Shown one piece after another: positions 6,825 to 8,936 of a stretch of 8,936 nucleotides of DNA. This DNA is from Trichoplax adhaerens (taxonomy: Eukaryota > Animalia > Placozoa). Under the pieces are notes generated by a model. It had not been told where the DNA came from. It saw only the letters and a list, made by a program, of their open reading frames with translations, and ran no database searches. The stretch spans positions 1 through 8,936 of the forward strand of contig NW_002061029.1 in the NCBI RefSeq assembly GCF_000150275.1. Reading direction: 5' to 3'. Made by a program: the position numbers and the translations under genes. Every line of letters begins with the position of its first letter. The stretch's first letter is position 1.

Positions 6825-7700
6825 GACTTCAATGAATGTGCATGGTCAACAGACAACATCTGTAATAGTAATCAAAACTGTATTAATTTACCGGGTACTT
6901 ACAATTGCCAATGTAAAGTTGGTTTCACTGGATCTAGCTGTGTCGATATCAATGAATGTCTGGCAGCAGAATCATGTGGAATTAACGCTGTATGTCGAAA
7001 CACTTTAGGTTCATATACATGTACATGTTTGATTGGCTATCAAGGCAATCCATACTCCAATCCCGGTTGTAGCATTGAATGCAATGATGATTTCTGTCTA
7101 AATGGAGGAAAATGTATTTACCAAAATAATACACGCACATGTAATTGTACTGACGCTTATACTGGCATTAGATGTAGCAATTTAAAAGCAACAGGACTTT
7201 CGATTGGGGCAGTGGCTGGAATTTCGGTGGGAACAGTAAGTGCAGTATTTTTAATCGCTATAGCTGGCCTTGTATACTATCTACGAAGTCCATACTATAA
7301 TAGACGAACTTCAGTAGCACATGGTGTCGTTAAAGACCACACCGAACATCAATCATTAGCGGATTCTTCAAGCGATAAAGTTGAATTAAAGGATCATTCA
7401 CCTAAGATTGCATTTATTAAATCTATAGCACAGGATCAAAACAGAAATAATCAAACATCAAGCTCACCAACTGTTAGAGTGCAAATAGAAGTTAATGAGC
7501 AAACAAGCATTGAGCCTCGTAATACTATTCCAGAAAGCCAGAATAGCTTAATAGCTGAAACCGATGTCAGCAATAGTGAAAGTAAATTTGAAGAAAAACC
7601 AAGCCGACCAATTTTAGCGTCAATACAAAATCCTACAATTACCAATACACCATTACCAAAGTTGCCTGATTTTAAAAATAGTACTTATTCTGAACGCTAG
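6825..7700 (+). CDS. Three juxtamembrane EGF repeats (6825-7175), TM helix (~7203-7283) and ~138-aa cytoplasmic tail (7284-7697)
   Basis: DFNEC..., DINEC... and ECNDDFCLNGGKC... each have six Cys. Hydrophobic IGAVAGISVGTVSAVFLIAIAGLVYYL is followed by R...RR and a Ser/Thr/Glu/Asn-rich tail. Stop TAG at 7698-7700. Confidence 0.9.
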   Translation, partial: DFNECAWSTDNICNSNQNCINLPGTYNCQCKVGFTGSSCVDINECLAAESCGINAVCRNTLGSYTCTCLIGYQGNPYSNPGCSIECNDDFCLNGGKCIYQNNTRTCNCTDAYTGIRCSNLKATGLSIGAVAGISVGTVSAVFLIAIAGLVYYLRSPYYNRRTSVAHGVVKDHTEHQSLADSSSDKVELKDHSPKIAFIKSIAQDQNRNNQTSSSPTVRVQIEVNEQTSIEPRNTIPESQNSLIAETDVSNSESKFEEKPSRPILASIQNPTITNTPLPKLPDFKNSTYSER

Positions 7701-8697
7701 TACAGTATAACAATTACTCATTAGGCCTTTGCACGAAAATATAACGATGGTATTCTGGTTAGATCTTGTTATACAAATTTTAAAAAATGTTCTATATCAC
7801 AGCTTTAATGTGCAGGCAAATGTGTTATAGTACTTTCATTAGCAAAATCTTACCTATGGCTTATCCTAGGTCAATATGACAAGAAATGCTCCTATGTCAG
7901 TCAGCATTAAGAAATTTTATCTCATTCGAACTTAAGTAAACTCTTGCTGAACGAGTACGCAATAAGTATAAAGTAATGTAGAGATACTATAGCAGAGCTA
8001 TGCTAAACAAATATCATTACGCCATTTACGCGATAAGAAACGAAAATGTTAAACTTATTGACGGCGGTAAGAGTGACGTAACTCCAGAAGATATGTTTAC
8101 CCAAGATAGAAATTAGCAAAATAATTACCTACGTATACTGAATTGGTCGCATTTTAGTGTAATCCTGAAGAATAATTTTTAAATTCTACAGTACTTAATT
8201 AATTCCGCTAGAAAGCATAAGTATGTGACGTAAAATAGGATGAGAATAATTATGTACGCACGAGTACGTATATCGAAATGATCAAATTCTAGCGTAATTC
8301 GAAAAGAATGTAAATTATTATCTACAGTACTAGAAATAAAATGTTTAATATTTATTAACGAACACAAAGTTTCTATCTAGAATTTAGTATGTTCTTTACT
8401 AAATGTACAACCGCGGCCGCGTAGCCAGGCATTTTCGCACAAATTTGGAAGTAGAAGAACGCTGACGGTTGCATATTTTATACACTGTGCATGCACAATA
8501 TGGTAGCATACCCACTTCTTCACGATAGAGTTTAGAAGTTTATTGGTTAATACCATTTCTAAAGCTCTTTGACCATTTTAAAGTCGACAAAAACCATCTA
8601 CACTTAATACTAATTGTGGAGATGGGCGTAATTTTCCTTCTACTTTCTGCTTGACTGTGACGGTATTACAAAAAATCCCCATTTACTGTACATAATA

Positions 8698-8733
8698 CGT
8701 ATACTGTACGGTATAGTATACGCGTATACTGTA
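8698..8733. repeat. Second copy of the 22-bp palindrome (1 mismatch) preceded by a half-site
   Basis: TATAGTATACGCGTATACTGTA at 8712-8733 is 21/22 identical to 2889-2910, with a perfect 16-bp core at 8715-8730. CGTATACTGTA sits at 8698-8708. Confidence 0.9.
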
Positions 8734-8936
8734 AATTTACATTTCTGTACCTTGCCACTTCTATAGTTTTAGTGAATGAGAATAATATCAAAAACCGAAT
8801 AAAGGAGACTAAATGAACCTTATCCCATCAAAAATAATAATAAATTCATAAAGTTAGTACTATTACTGTATATCTACCGTGATAAGCGTAGCTTATAGCT
8901 ATACCACTAGACTCTAAATGATATGCGGTTACGGAT

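Larger units (their letters stand above)
3682..7700 (+). pseudogene. Disrupted MUC4/SUSD2-like VWD + cbEGF-array + SEA + EGF type I transmembrane glycoprotein (mucin-like / 'fibrillin-like') gene
   Basis: Co-linear domain order on the + strand across lesions. Stops at 3791, 3932 and 6480. Frameshifts at ~3755, ~3941, ~4010, ~4080, ~4450, ~4790, ~5186 and ~5223. Ends with TM helix, tail and TAG at 7698-7700. No signal peptide or N-terminal part is visible. Confidence 0.85.

Noticed and set aside
6025-7008. Alternate-frame ORFs 6025-6411 and 6703-7008
   Set aside because: Shadow frames of the EGF/SEA coding sequence; the Val/Met/Ile-rich text comes from TGT, AAT and GAT codons read out of frame.
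4939-7645. Antisense ORFs 4939-5133 and 7451-7645
   Set aside because: Short antisense shadows of + strand coding sequence with no recognisable motifs.
4451-7700. Assignment as fibrillin, Notch, LTBP or a true MUC4/MUC13/UMODL1 ortholog
   Set aside because: No 8-Cys TB domains, LNR/ankyrin repeats, ZP domain or PTS region. Orthology cannot be judged by eye, so no gene symbol is given.

Overview
AT-rich eukaryotic (animal) genomic DNA with a 956-N assembly gap at 1737-2692. The domain content and low GC would fit an early-branching invertebrate such as a placozoan, but that is inference. The window starts with the 3' end of one single-pass membrane protein gene (1-240: TM end, cytoplasmic tail, stop). 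Most of the rest is a disrupted + strand gene for a large type I membrane glycoprotein (~3682-7700), and the ORF track shows only part of it. Rebuilt across stops and frameshifts it reads: MUC4/SUSD2-type VWD remnant, probable intron, ~18 mostly calcium-binding EGF repeats, SEA domain with an intact G|SII autoproteolysis motif, 3 EGF repeats, GxxxG-zipper TM helix, ~138-aa tail. Decay is sharply asymmetric. Upstream of a deletion junction at ~5223 there are many frameshifts, stops and lost cysteines. Downstream, every EGF cysteine is intact apart from one in-frame truncated module, and the only ORF break is a single in-frame TAA (6480-6482). Non-coding parts hold two diverged tandem repeats and a recurring palindrome family (TACAGTATACGCGTATACTGTA). 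No RNA genes, CRISPR arrays or recognisable transposase were found.
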